From Saccostrea echinata (Eukaryota): a DNA stretch of 64,000 bases. The stretch is taken from NCBI RefSeq assembly GCF_033153115.1, contig NW_026889794.1, positions 3,472,001 to 3,536,000 on the forward strand, in the 5' to 3' direction. This document shows, piece after piece, positions 26,201 through 39,900 of this stretch. The number at the start of each line of letters is the position of its first letter. The first letter of the stretch is position 1. The notes under the pieces are model-generated. The model had not been told where the DNA came from and made no database searches. It saw only the letters and a list, made by a program, of their open reading frames with translations. The translations under genes were made by a program, and so were the position numbers.

Positions 26201-29200
26201 CTAATCTAGTTCGCAGTCTGTTTCTTCCAACATCGTTTCCTACAAAGAAAATCAAATAGGTATTCTTAAATTTTTGACAAGAAAAATCCCTACATGCATG
26301 GTTTTTGCATATTGAATTCTTAAACAGAAAACAATAAATTGGGGATGATCTATTTTGAAACTATTTCTAAAAAAATGAATATGCCCATTTCTCACCCATC
26401 CTCCTCGGTCCTCTACCCAGCCGGAGTATGTCTCCCGGAAGTAGTCGTATGCCATCTGAGCAAGACCGACACTTCCCTTAGCCACGTGAACAGCTGTCCT
26501 GGTCAGATAAAAATAGAGCGCAATCTGATCCCATCCAATGGTGCTGTGCAAGGACGAATGGATGACCTTTTTGAACTGTGTGTAGGTGTGTTGCCTGGCA
26601 ATGTCCAGCACAACAGGGGTGAGTGAACCAAGGTTGTACTGAAAAGGTCAATGACAGTTATAATACAAGTAGCTATTTCTATTTCATTGAATAAATACAG
26701 TATCTTTACAAGTGAAAGACGAAATCTAGTACATGTACAAAAATTACAAAACTTACATCTTGAGAGAGTCGGTCTCCTTCTCTGCGAAATTCTGCAATAA
26801 GCTGTTCAACTATTTGATCATCTGAAATACGTATTTAAAAAATATTCAAATGTAAAAAAGAAAAGTTAATTTCTGTAGCTTCAGGAAAGAATTCAGAGCA
26901 ATTTTTTTAATTCAGTCGAATTCCGGAGAAATGCAGCTATAGGACTTACTTCCGCGTGCGCTGTGACCCCCGGCCTCCCCGTGGGGTGATTCCACTCCTG
27001 ATGACGAACTCTCGGTGTTATACCTCTCCACGGCTTTGTCCCCAATAAACTTAAGTCGGTCCGCAACCTCGGAAATTCTGTGTTCTCGCTCCTCCGCTGG
27101 TAGTTCTTCAAACGGACGATCATCTAAAAAAAAAATGTAAAAAAGAGTCAGTTGTATTATATATTTATAGTAAAATAATTTATACAAACACGTTTGTTCT
27201 TTGATCGAAAATGATGCATGTGCTCACTAGATTGATTTAATAATATTTCAAACTTTCAATTTAATCATTAAACTAAAAAAAACTATCAAATTAGAATGAC
27301 ATACTAGTATTGGAACACTCACCTTTTTTGTGTTTGTCTGTCGTTTTCGGGGAGTCAATTTCGTCTCCATGGCCATCAATCTCAATGTCGCTGTACACTG
27401 ACACCTGGCGGACGTATTGTGTGTGATGAGACCATCCATTTACGGTCGTAACTTTTTCATCTTTTTTGGATGAGTACCTTCGCACTACCCTCCTCCCTCT
27501 TGTTTGTGTTAAGTCCAAAGAGAGATTGTTCCTATCACCAGCCTTGCGTTGTCCATGTGTATGTGAGTATGCGTTCTTTTCACTTTTTACAGTAGAGCCA
27601 TTTGAAATTTCACCAAAAATCAGAGACTTAAACACTGCATCCACCGGTTTCATGTGTCCATCATCATTATCATGAGAGTGACTTGGAGTCGGTCCTTGAA
27701 CAGATTCCCGAACTTTAGGCTTTTCCTCGCTGTTTTTGAAAGCCTTTTTGTTTACTGTGTCACTAACTTTGAGATCCTTTTCACCTTTGTGGAAAAAGAA
27801 ATAAATCTTTTGAGTAAAAACACGCAGTTTCCTAGCCTTCATGACTGTACAGTATAGATAGCTAGCTATAACTGATTTAAGTACACTACAGCGAGCGGAA
27901 ATATAAGTAATGACTTTATCTCTTCTGATGAAGGAAGTGAAAGTAGAAAAACCCAGTTGGCTGTCAAGCGACAGTCTAATGAACAGTTGTATTTAGATTA
28001 TATATATATAAGCTGTATGCATGCTCGCGCATGTCAGCCTACGTCTTCGACCAATTAATTACCAGCTAATATGTAGGACATGTAAAAGTTGAGTGACCGC
28101 GAGGATTACATTTATACATACGAAATCAATAACGTATAGCGCTAAAGGGTGCATAAAAAGTGAGTAGAACGTTCCTTGGCTAGCAGCACGGAGGGCATTG
28201 CTCTCTTCAGATCGATGTTAAGTCAGTAACTTAACGGATTCAGCGGCTGTCGGGAAATCAGTGATGAAAAAAAACGCGATATGACAAAAAACTATGTCAA
28301 TGTAATTAATCCTGATCGGTTATATGTGTGGAGTTGATGAGAAAAAAAATTTTAAGAGAGAATAATATTGAATGATTAAGAGACCTCGGGAAGCTTTATA
28401 GTATGCTTTTAACAAATGGACTCGCGGTCAGAAAATGTTGCTACATTTTAATAAATATGCATCCAATTGACATAAGTAAAAAATCAAATCTGATTTTAAA
28501 AATCCAAAAACAAATTCATTTTCTAATTAAAATTAAGTTATCATTTAATGAAAATGCCATTTACCCCTAGGAAGTGACGAATTAGGTATATTTGTACTAA
28601 ATTCAATATCTTTGAAAATCTTTTTAATTTAAAAATCAATAGCGTTAATTGTGTATTCAGGAAGACTGACCAAAACAAACATAATTACAGTTTTTTTAAT
28701 CATAGTGATTCCACAGAAGCGCCTGTGGTCAATGAATTTAAAACATGTTCAACAATCTAGCACGGTGTTGTTGATCTAAGACTGACCGCATATGACCTTT
28801 CATTTCATTCAATTGCAGTGTTCTATAATGATAACATAAAACCGGTAATTCTAAAACCGCAAACGCTAAGTGCACTGACAGAAACATGTGCAAAAGAGAT
28901 CTCGACAAAGAGTACATAAAAATGGAGTAACGCAGTATACAGCAACCAGAATTAAAAGCTGATGTCATTTATGTTCTCCCTGGGGAGGAAAAGTTATTCG
29001 TCATAAAGTGATTGTTGTCAATTTAAATAACGGGATTATAAATTAGAGTGACGGGTATTGTTACAAGATTTCTTTTGGGTGTTAATCTCATTGTAATCGG
29101 TGCACAGTTTAGTAGCTCATCCGATTATTTTATGAATAATGTATTTCGATCAATGGATGACACTTTGCCGCTGTGTCCGACTTATATATCAATAGTAGTA

Positions 29201-30699
29201 ATTAGGTTGTATATATTGTGCCAAATGAATCATCAACAGTAACTTTTCAGGGAATCACCATTCGATTCCGAATTTGTGAATAAAAAAAAATAAAAACGAA
29301 ATCAATATACATGTACTTCTTTTCCCCCGCTAAATTGCAATTCTAAAATTACTGGAGCTGCAATAACAGAACGAGGAGAAAAAAAAATAGAATTCATACA
29401 AAAGAGTCGATTAACAGGTGGTATAAAAAAATCGGTCGAATTATGCAACATATTGTCTTTCTGACATATTATCTATTGATCAATAAAAATCTGCATTATG
29501 ACTACTTTCTTTGCACTTTGCGAAAATTGTTTTTTTATGTACATTGTACTAATATATTAAAAGATATCAATAGGCTTCCAGAAAATTTTAACAACATCCT
29601 GCAAAATGAATTGTCGGAGGGGCATTTTCTTTTTCAATGTAAATGAGTTATATATACCTGTCACGTTTAAGAAACTGGAGAACGAACTTTTTAACATGTA
29701 TTAAAAAAAATTACTTCTGTTAAATATACATAATCCCTATCGAGAAGGGGGACCTTCTCTTTGCCTACCAACACTTTAAGCTTCAGGTTAAATCTCTGAC
29801 TTCTCACTATCCTACACATTAGCATATACGCCACTGTCAACACTTTGTTTTTAGAAAACATGCAAAGAGTAGATCAAGAATATTCCCAATTACTATATTT
29901 GAAAATTTCTACCAAGATAATTTCACTTTTGTAGAGAATTCGTAGAACGGCTGTCATCGGAAGAAATTAAAATTCTAATTATATTATATACTAAAACACC
30001 TTAAGAACAAAGGGTAATATATGGACCAAACTTACCATCGTGAACTTTGTGAGATTTCCGAAACGAGAATATACGTTTAAGCCGACTTTTGGGGACAGAC
30101 TCGGCATAATGTTCCTGAATAACTTCGAGGGAAGACGACTTCATTTTCTTTTTTCTGATTTTCACTTTCTTCTGCTTTTCTTGTTTCTCTTTTCTCTTTT
30201 GGCGCCTCTCCTCCTCTGTGATCGTCTGCTTCTGAAAGCTGTGAAAAATCCGCTCTTTGGCTTGTTGAAAACGACTCTTTCTTTTTCTGGTGGATCCAGA
30301 ACTTCTCTGATCTTCGTCTGTGTCGGGGGACGGCACAATTCCGGACTCTTGGCGATAGATCATGTGTGACGATGACGAATGCCTCCGATGACCGGAAGTA
30401 GTCCGGCTGGTCAATCTAATAGTCCCAATCTGAGAGGGAAGAGTCCTGTATTTTTCTTTATCGTAATCTTTCTTTTGAAAGTCACTCTCTGATCCGAATA
30501 ACACAGATATTCGGTTTTCTTTTGAGATTGCTCTTTTGTAGCTGTCTGATCGCTGGAGTGTATACCCCGCGCGTCCGTCACTTCCAGGAGAATCAGCCAT
30601 CTTTGGTGCTCGGACTAGTTTTTCAATGTCAGACAGTCTTTTTCTATCCTCTTTCCTCATCGGTATGGTAGGCCTTCTCTGAACAATTCGTTGTGGCAT
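26201..30699 (-). CDS. Bcl-2 family protein, BCL-G/BCL2L14-like architecture (long basic/disordered N-terminus, BH3-like motifs, BH2, no TM), ~548 aa
   Basis: Exons 30036-30699, 27323-27784, 26950-27123 (VADRLKFIGD), 26757-26821 (IAEFRREGDRL), 26396-26638 (IGWDQIALYF..FRETYSGWVEDRGGW), 26201-26239 (ETMLEETDCELD*). Phases consistent, total 1647 nt. Confidence 0.8.
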
Positions 30700-32692
30700 T
30701 GTATTTTCTACGGAGAAAAAAGTATATATACATGTATATAAAAAAATATTTGAAATTCTTTCTATAAAATATCACTTCCTGACCTTCTTATCCCTGCTAT
30801 ATATATAAGTATATCATTATAATATTAATAACAATTTTGCAAGTCAATAACTAAGTAAAGGTTATAAGTACACAAGACTTAATGTACCGAGTAACTTGAT
30901 CACTTAAATAAATGCTTATCAGTGTTCCCTAATGATATACTTTTTCAGTTTCTTTTGCCAACTTATTAAAGGTTTTTCAAATTATCATGGTACATTCGAA
31001 ATGAAGAAAATATACATTAGGAAATTCGATTGGGAATTGCACAAGGATATATTTATAGTTAAATCCCTATGTCATTGTACAGGTAATGCAAGCACAATGT
31101 TGACATTGAGCTCTACTAGAGCATGGCGAAAAAACATGGCGTCATGTTACGACCAAAATGATTATTTGATCATTTAACAAATTAATGTAGACCTAAAAGA
31201 TCTTTTCTTTCAAATGAAGAATTACTCTATGTTTTAAGATATGTACTATAAATTATAATTAATTCATTTAATCCCTTTTATATATAATTTACTGATACTA
31301 TATATTCTTACCAAAGAGAGTTTACTTTTTTTAAATTTGCAATAGAACATTTACTTACTTCAAACATGTACATATTGAACAACATTCGAAGATCTCTAAT
31401 CTGTGTTTACCGTAAATATGTAAAATTATGTCTTTCAAATATCAGAACAAATAAAATTCACCTCTATCATGACATTGATGAAACCAGTTACCCAATACTG
31501 TAAATACCCTTTAAATTATTTTTAAATGTTAGTCATTTTTAAAATACTATTTACGTCATATCAAACCTGGCATTTGGTTTTAGCAACAGAAGTCTCCTTT
31601 CCTCAAGCTTTCTTCGATCTCCCCACAAAACATAGCACTATATAAAATATACTTTCATTCGATGGTGTACATCTGAATAATAAATTCTCTTTCGTACGTT
31701 TCGCTTTATTATTTCCACAGGTGAGATAAAGACAGTGACTCAGGTAAATTCCTCGCCTGACATCACTTGCTGGGTTTAAAGTGGGGCGAGCTCTTAAAAT
31801 AAAAACACAAGTTTATCAAATCACCGGCTATTTATCGGGTATATTTTTTAAAAATTTCCTCAAATGACGACAAGGTACGTATTTCCTAGGGTAGCATGTT
31901 AAAAATAAATATCAAAACATTAGACCAGGAAAGAATTCCACATGATATGATCCATTGATATTAAAATTAATCCCTGCATATTTAAAGGGTTTCGTCACTA
32001 CCCAGTATGTTTTTCACTGGAATTAAAAGGAAGTGCTGTTTAATAAATAATTAAGATAATGAATCTGATAACAGGCCAAATGTTGTGGTAGTACATTCCC
32101 GGACAGAAAGTCAGGAATAAGGAAGAGGTCAACTTTAAAGTGCGATGTCCACTAAAGAAACGGATGTTAACTTTGCGGCGTGTCAAAATGATCGACTTGC
32201 AATGCAATGTTTATATTTACTCAAAAGAAAAATACCCAAGAATCATTGTTATAATATGAAGGTTGCATAAGTAAAGTCATGGCCCCTTTTTTCAAGAAAC
32301 ACTAAATGTTCCGGGAATTCTCTTTACTTTCCTCTGGATTCCATGCAATATTTATTCCTGTAATCTTCCAAACTAAAAAGTAAAAAGATAATGCATGGAA
32401 ATTATTACAAAAATTTGAAATTGAACAATACTTAAATTAAAGGCATTTGCCTCCGAAATCATGTTCTATGTTAAGACATAAATCATATTCATTTAACTCT
32501 TCATTCTTTAACTTATCACACAACAGTTTCAAATGTCCTTGAGACAAATTTGGAAACATACATATGTAAACGCCCTGTGTATTAATAACATTGACAGATA
32601 CGGTCAGGAAACCGGTGGTCAATTCGTCATAACAATAAATTGCAAGTACTATAGTAATCTAAAATATTTTATAACGTGTCATTATATAAATA

Positions 32693-32858
32693 CAGTCAAA
32701 CCTCGTTATTTCGAATTAGATGGGACTGAAAAGACTTCGAGATATAATCGAGATCTCAAGGATTAATTTCTTAAAGAGTAAGTGGTTGGGACTTTCCGTT
32801 CACTTCGACATATTCATGGTATTCGAGATATATGTTCGAGATACTGAAGTTCAACTGT
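32693..32858. mobile_element. Tc1/mariner-like MITE
   Basis: ta|cagtcaaacctcgttatttcgaa ... ttcgagatactgaagttcaactg|ta. Confidence 0.6.
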
Positions 32859-33982
32859 ATAGTACACGTAAAGAATTTTTATTCAAGCATTATTTTGAAA
32901 TCCTTTCCTGTCAGTAGTAATTTTGAAAGAAAACGAGTACGAGTACCGCCAACGTGTGCCAGTTATAAGTTATAAGTCTACCGCATCTAATTCATTTTTC
33001 AACACGTGTCCAAGGCAAGAACTCCTGCAGTACTAACATTGACCTGTGCAAAAATTTACTTTTCAGAAGACTAACAAATTCATTTCTTGGTGTATTCGAA
33101 AACCTTGTGAAATAACGTTCGTGTATTTGGGATGATATACCTAAGTTTAAAGGTGCCGCAAAATATACATTTATAGGCACAGTCTAAATGCACACTGGAA
33201 TACCCAGAAGGTCATCACAGATGCCTCTGACAAAAAGATCATAAAAAAAAGTTCCATTGTAAAATACCACAAGCCTTTTGCCTTTTTCACAAAAAATCTT
33301 ACGACTGAAATAAATATTTTCGCATTTTCTGAGAAGTATCTTACCTGTAGTAGATCACCAAAAATCTTATATTTCTATTTAATTAGATAACATTGTAAAT
33401 AATATTTAAAGAAAAAATTAATATCTTTATAGAACAAAAAATTGCAGAGTTGTCAAATTTTAATCTTAGTAGTAAGATTTTTTGTGAAAAGGGCAGTTGT
33501 TGTACAAATCCGCTTCCCCCTTCTATCCCATTTTTTCTATGGAAAATTTCAATCCCCCCCCCCCCTTATTTTAGTATGCTCAACCCTCCTGTTATTGGAC
33601 TAGATGAAACAAACTAAAAGTAATAAGTTTTTCTTTTTGTCATTCACGTTAAATACATCGCAGCAAGCCAAGGGATTTTCATGTCCATTCTATAGACACA
33701 AAACCCGATGCTTGCAATATAATGGTTATTTAAACTACATTGTAAATAGATCTCCAATTATTTAGCCTTCAAAAAAATGTTGGTCTTGCTCTTCATTTTT
33801 TTTGCAATCAGCATCATATGAGTGACATTTATTTTTTCACTGTAAGTTATAGTTTTAATTTAAGCCATAATGAAAGCCTTTTTCTTTACCAACTCTTTCA
33901 TTATCAAAACAAAAGTGTCCCTTTCCACTGCACTCAATAACCTTCACAACAGAACAATGATTACATTCAACATCGTCTTTAT

Positions 33983-36900
33983 TTAGTTAAATCCATAACC
34001 TTCAATAACTTTCTGGTATGGAGCAATCTTCTTTGCAGCATTCTGTTTGGCTTTTTCTCTGAGAGCCTGAAAAGACACCACCGAAAAGGCATCAGCATGG
34101 TCTAAATTGAGTAAAAAAATACACCTATATCTGTAAATCTGTCTCAGTTGGTGGTACATGAGTGATATCACAGTGAATCATAAGACAGTGTCAGATTCGG
34201 TGATTAAAGTAAATCATCAACGACAGATTCCATTAAGGCACTATAAGTAACATTCCTACCAAAGAAATCTGTAAAACAATGAACATATTTTTTAAGAAGT
34301 TTTTATAAAATATACTGGATCTTGGAAAGGTCCCAGCAAGACCTCCATTGATAAGTTACATTGACATTTCTCGCCTTCATATAAACAAGGCCAGGATTCG
34401 GACACTGGTCAGTGAACCTATGGAAGACTTACCAACAAGAACTTCTTCCTTTCAAAGTGGTTCTTGGATTTGACCTTCCTCTTGGTTTCCAGTGTAGAGA
34501 TGACCTTCTGGTATTTCCAGCCAACCTCATGTGCCAGTCTGTTTAAATCACAGTACTGGAGAAAATAAACAACAGAAAGTTAACCAAATGAAAAGCAGTT
34601 GTAGACAAATGAAAATTAAAGAAAATCTTACTACGCACAGATAACATTCCAAATTACTAAGTTTCCTTCTATTTTTTAGTACCATACATAAATACAAATT
34701 ATTTGAACATTTTACTTATTTCCAAGTTTAGCTTTAGCTAATTGGTTGACCATCTGCATTGTGTTGTCAGGTGATAAAAAAATCGTCACTCAACAAGTTA
34801 TGTTAGATCTTGTTGTCAGGGACTCTAACCTAAAACTGTCATCATTCAACACAAGCAGACAAAAAAAATTATGGCTAAGTTTGCTATCATACTTAGAAAT
34901 AATGTACAGCATCTCAGATAGGCTATTTCCACTGCTTGATTAGGATATACAAGTAAGGGTTATTCCAGTAATAAAAAAAAATCTTTCCAACTCCTAGAAT
35001 GCAAAATATTCTCTTCTATTCGTGGGGGTGCTGTTCAGGTGAATACTACACATCCTATAGAAACATATATATATTAACCCTGCCTCTTTGGGTCACAGGC
35101 TTTTGATTGCTTTAGGGAACCTAATTTTGCCAATAAAATAGTAATATATCATATTATTTAAAATGACACTTTCTATCCATATCTCTTCACATATAAACAA
35201 ACTACATCACTACTGAATTTCATTTTGAAACTTTGCATACTTCCCAAGATATGCTGAAATCAATTCCAGAATTGACCTATTTTTTCTTTACAGAATTTTG
35301 GAATGAACTTTGGTAGTAATATAGATTGTTTATATGTGTGATATGAATTAGAATAAAAAGTATAATTGTAAATGAATTGATTTACAAGTATTTCATTGGC
35401 AAAAGTGGGTACCCTACTTGAGGAGTTTCGTATCTTTATTTTTTATATCCCCTAGAGAGTTGGATTAAAACGATCCAAGCTGTGGTTTGGGTTAATAAAC
35501 ATGACTACAAGTGGTTTTTTTTTCCTTTTTAAAACATGTGACCATCTTGGTAACACTGGTTGATTCACAAATTAAAAGCCAATTTTAACAGGCAATTGAG
35601 AAATATGGTATCTAAATCTGGCTACTTCTGTTCTAATTCCTTCATCATTATTGGGGAAGTCAAAGAACAACACTATTTAGTGGTATCAATAGGAAAAATT
35701 TATACCAATGCACCATATCACTCAAATCAACTTAGATCTAATCCTATCCTAAAAGAGAAGGACATTTTTATTCATTCAACTTCAGAGAAAAGGTTCCACC
35801 AGTATACATGTTAAAATCATAAAATTATATAGACGTCACTTTTACAGTATCATTAGTGACAGAATTGGACCTGTTTCAGATGGTGGTACATGTTCTAGTT
35901 ACATGTACTTTATATATCAAGCAAGTGTGATTATGTAAATAATTAGAAACAGGTCATCAAAGTATTTCATAATTAAGAAAGAAAGGAAAGGAAATGTGAA
36001 GGGACATAACTCTTACAACAGAAAGAAAACACTCCTTTCTCTCAAATCTATGTTTTAAAATTTCATCGTCTTGATCTGACCCTTATATTTTATCTGCAAA
36101 AAGATTCAATTTTGTAGGCTCTCTCCAGTCATCAATGAAAAGTTTTTGTATCCACTAGCCCAAGCAAATTTTGCTAGCCCTCTCAAAGAGTTACTGACCC
36201 ATACTAATTTGATACTCTTTTAAATGAAACTAGTAAAGGGTACTATTTAATTTGCACATCGTATTAAAATATGTCATCCCCAATGAAGTAGGGTGGTATA
36301 CTGTTATTACTAGACCTAAAATTATGTCTTCAGAATGTTCTCGCACATGGTTGGGAGAATCTTAAACTTCACACAAATGATAAATACCAACACTAGATGT
36401 GCCATTTACATACGAAATTTTCAAAATGGCCACCATTTCCATGGAAATAGAAGAAATATGCATTTTTCTAAATTTCATTTTTCTAAGTAACTGCTCTGCC
36501 AAACTTTTTAAACTTTAAAGGATTGTTCATTGCGTTCTGTTAAAGTGTTTTCTGCAAAAAAATTGGAATTGGTTGGCTGTCTCTCAGTTCTCAAAAATCA
36601 CGTTACATTTGCAACCAAAGTACCTTATTCTGGAATTACACTGCCATGCAGAATTACAATGCTCGACAAACATATAGGAAATTAAGTTCTATATTGACAA
36701 GGGACAGACTATGAAATTGTTAACACTTGTCTACTATGATCCATATTGTGTTGTCAGGTGATAAAAAAATCGTCACTCAACAAGTTATGTTACATCTTGT
36801 TGTCAGGGACTCTAACCTTAAACTGTCATCATTCAACACAAGTAGACAAGGTAAAACATCCAACTTGAAATAAAGCTACTATGTCTTTCCACTGAGGAAA

Positions 36901-39900
36901 GCATAACTTTGAAATGTGCCTTCAAGTTTAAGACACTTATCTGCCAAAAAAAAGTAGAGTGGAGGAGGTAACTGATCTACAGAAAGAGAGGGAGAGGGTA
37001 TGGGGGGGGGGGGAGGTAGAGAGTAAGATGAGAAATGCCTTTCCTTAGATCATGCATCCAGATGCTCCTCTTTTTCAACACAGATCACAGCACATTAATA
37101 TTCGTGAATAGTTTAGTGAATATAAAAAGAAAATTCACTTCAAATGGATAAAATTTTGTACCTTTTTCCTTCACAAACTAATTTTCTTCATCATGGTATG
37201 CCAAAATCTCAAACCAAACATAATACCAGAATTTCTATATTACATCAACAATACTGAAAGGGTATCAACCAGCATACTAAATTACAGTCGCATTGAAGTA
37301 AATAATGACACTATCATACACAGTCTGATTTCTAGAGTATTTGAAGTTGCTGTATAAGAATGAAGTTGCTGTATAACAATGAAGTTGCTGTATTAGACCT
37401 GTTTCAGCTGGTGGTACATGTTCTGGTTACATATACTTTACATATCAAATTATTCGGTGATTATGTAAATCATCATCAACAGGTCTCCTACATTTAAAAA
37501 ATTTGTTCTCCAAAAGTACAACTGCATACAATTCTGTTATCTTTGGTGAAAAAGACTTTAGAATTCACACTGATGTCTAGATTTTTCACTTCTGAAAAGT
37601 GAGTGACTTGAGAATCAAAATGTTGGAAAAACTAATTGACAAAGGCCTATCTCAAAGTTTCCTCCTGATGCACACACATCAGTCAAACTTGTGGCAATTT
37701 CATTGGATTTAAGTTTAATTCTAGGATAAAATCACTTGTGTTCTTCTGTGTACTACCATTCAGGTGGTTCTTTGTAATAACAATATTATTTCATAAGTGG
37801 TTCCTTCATCCTAGCAAATTGTTTAGTCACAGTGATAATCAAGTAATCTTTGATTTAAAAGACACATTATACATGTACATATACGAGTGTTTGTTCTTTG
37901 CTTTTATCATATACTAAATGTGTTATTCACAAAATGTTTTCACCATGGCGAGTGAAGTATCTGTTGATGGCGACCAGATATTCTAAAACGGTGACCAAAA
38001 AAAAAATTTGGGTCGCCATTTAACAACTTAATAGTGTGACTTGAGCACTGATCATAATATGCCAAAATCTCAAACCAAACATGATAGAATTTCTATATTA
38101 CATCAGCTATACTGAGAGGGTATCCATCAGCTTACTTTATCAAAAACAATGAACAAAATCCAATTTTGACATCTATCCATTTCCTCCGCAGATGTAAATT
38201 ACAGTCACATTGAACTAAATAATGACACTATCATACACAGTCTGATTTCTAGAGTATTTGAAGTTGCTGTATAACAATGAAGTTGCTGTATAACAATGAA
38301 GTTGCTGTATAGCAATGAAGTTGCTGTATTAGACCTGTTTCAGCTGGTGGTACATGTTCTGGTTACATATACTTTACATATCAAATTATTCGGTGATTAT
38401 GTAAATCATCATCAACAGGTCTCGTACATTTAAAAAAATTGTTCTCCAAAAGTACAACTGCGTACAATTCTGTTATCCTTGGTGAATAAGACTTTAGAAT
38501 TCACACTGATTTTTAGAATTTGCACTTCTAAAAGGGAGTGTCTTGAGAATCAAAATGTTGGAAAAACTAATTGTTTGCATGGTACTTGAGTGTTCTTTCC
38601 ATATGTAAATGTTACACATATCCTCACACAAATTTAGTCCTGTCTTTGTGAACTTCTAGAAAATTGTAGCCAAAATGTTTAGCAAATTGTAGCCAACATA
38701 TTCTTGCATTAAACAAAATCATTTACAGTTAGATATGCCCTTCGATTCCTAAAAGAACCCTAGCTGAACTCTTCATAAAATCCCATCCAAACCCCTATCA
38801 CCAGAATTCATTCTCATATATTCTAAAAATATTCAAGCTGAGCACTTCAACAGACAGGCCAAAGGCCCCTTGATCTTGTGACCCCAATAGTAATACCTCA
38901 GAATTCTTCATTTATCCAAAGTGTAAACCCAAACCATTCTCATGTTTTTTTAGACAAAGGCTAAGTAAGCTTTCTTTTTGTTCCCGTGTGACTAACCTTT
39001 CTTGACTGATTAAGCCTGTTTGCTCTTAGTGCTGAGGGAACCACCATCCTCTTTTGTTTATCGTATGGGGGTGGGATTCCTTCAAACACCTTCAGGCGCT
39101 CCAAAGCCTCTGCACCACGGCTTGTCTTGTGAGGGACCATACCTACAACACAGCTGTATTAATTAACTCCTTCATATCACTCAGACAAAACAAAATCACC
39201 CAATACCTAACAGTATAATGATTTCATCTCAGTTTTTTGGGGGGTTGGATTCTTTACACTGTTTTGGTTTATTGAACTGATCAGAATTTATTTTACTTCA
39301 GTGGATTACATCAGTGTAGGTAAGGTTTTCTCATCATATCAGTCCAGTTTAAACAAAAACCATGTTAAACTTTCACACGAAATGGATTGTTTTAATATCA
39401 TTCATTCTATCATGTACAGCATTACTTAGACATACCTCTAACAGCCTTGTAGAACATTTTACTGGGAGCCCTGAAGTGGAAAGGTCCTCTTGTTGGCTTA
39501 ACATTGCAACGTAATCGTAGGTATTTCAAGACCTTTACTGTTAAAATATAAGGAACATAACATGTGTGAAAGCTAAGAAAAGCAACATTTAACAAATGTA
39601 TGAATATGGTGTTATTTTTCTAATTTCAGGTCTATTTAAGTTTCAATTAAAATTGTCATACTTTCTGCAAAACTTTAGATATTTTTTTTTTTTATTTCTA
39701 CCTAAATGTATTGGTTCAATTAACTTTGTAAATGGATTTAAACTGAGTACTGTGTTAGTCTTTCAGCAATCAAGATTCTGAAAGTTAATGACTTTTTAAT
39801 GCATCTTTTTTACTACAGTTATTTGATTTAATAAGATATTTCAGAATGCAAAAGAAACAACCCTTCCAATACAAAATTCTAGAATGAATGTATATAGGCG

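Larger units (their letters stand above)
37198..38573. repeat. Local duplication (~37198-37640 vs ~38058-38573) with a 19-bp tandem aatgaagttgctgtataac
   Basis: Directly visible high identity. Confidence 0.85.

Noticed and set aside
30040-30369. Hydrophobic plus-strand ORF
   Set aside because: It is the antisense shadow of the Lys/Arg/Glu-rich exon of the Bcl-2-like gene.
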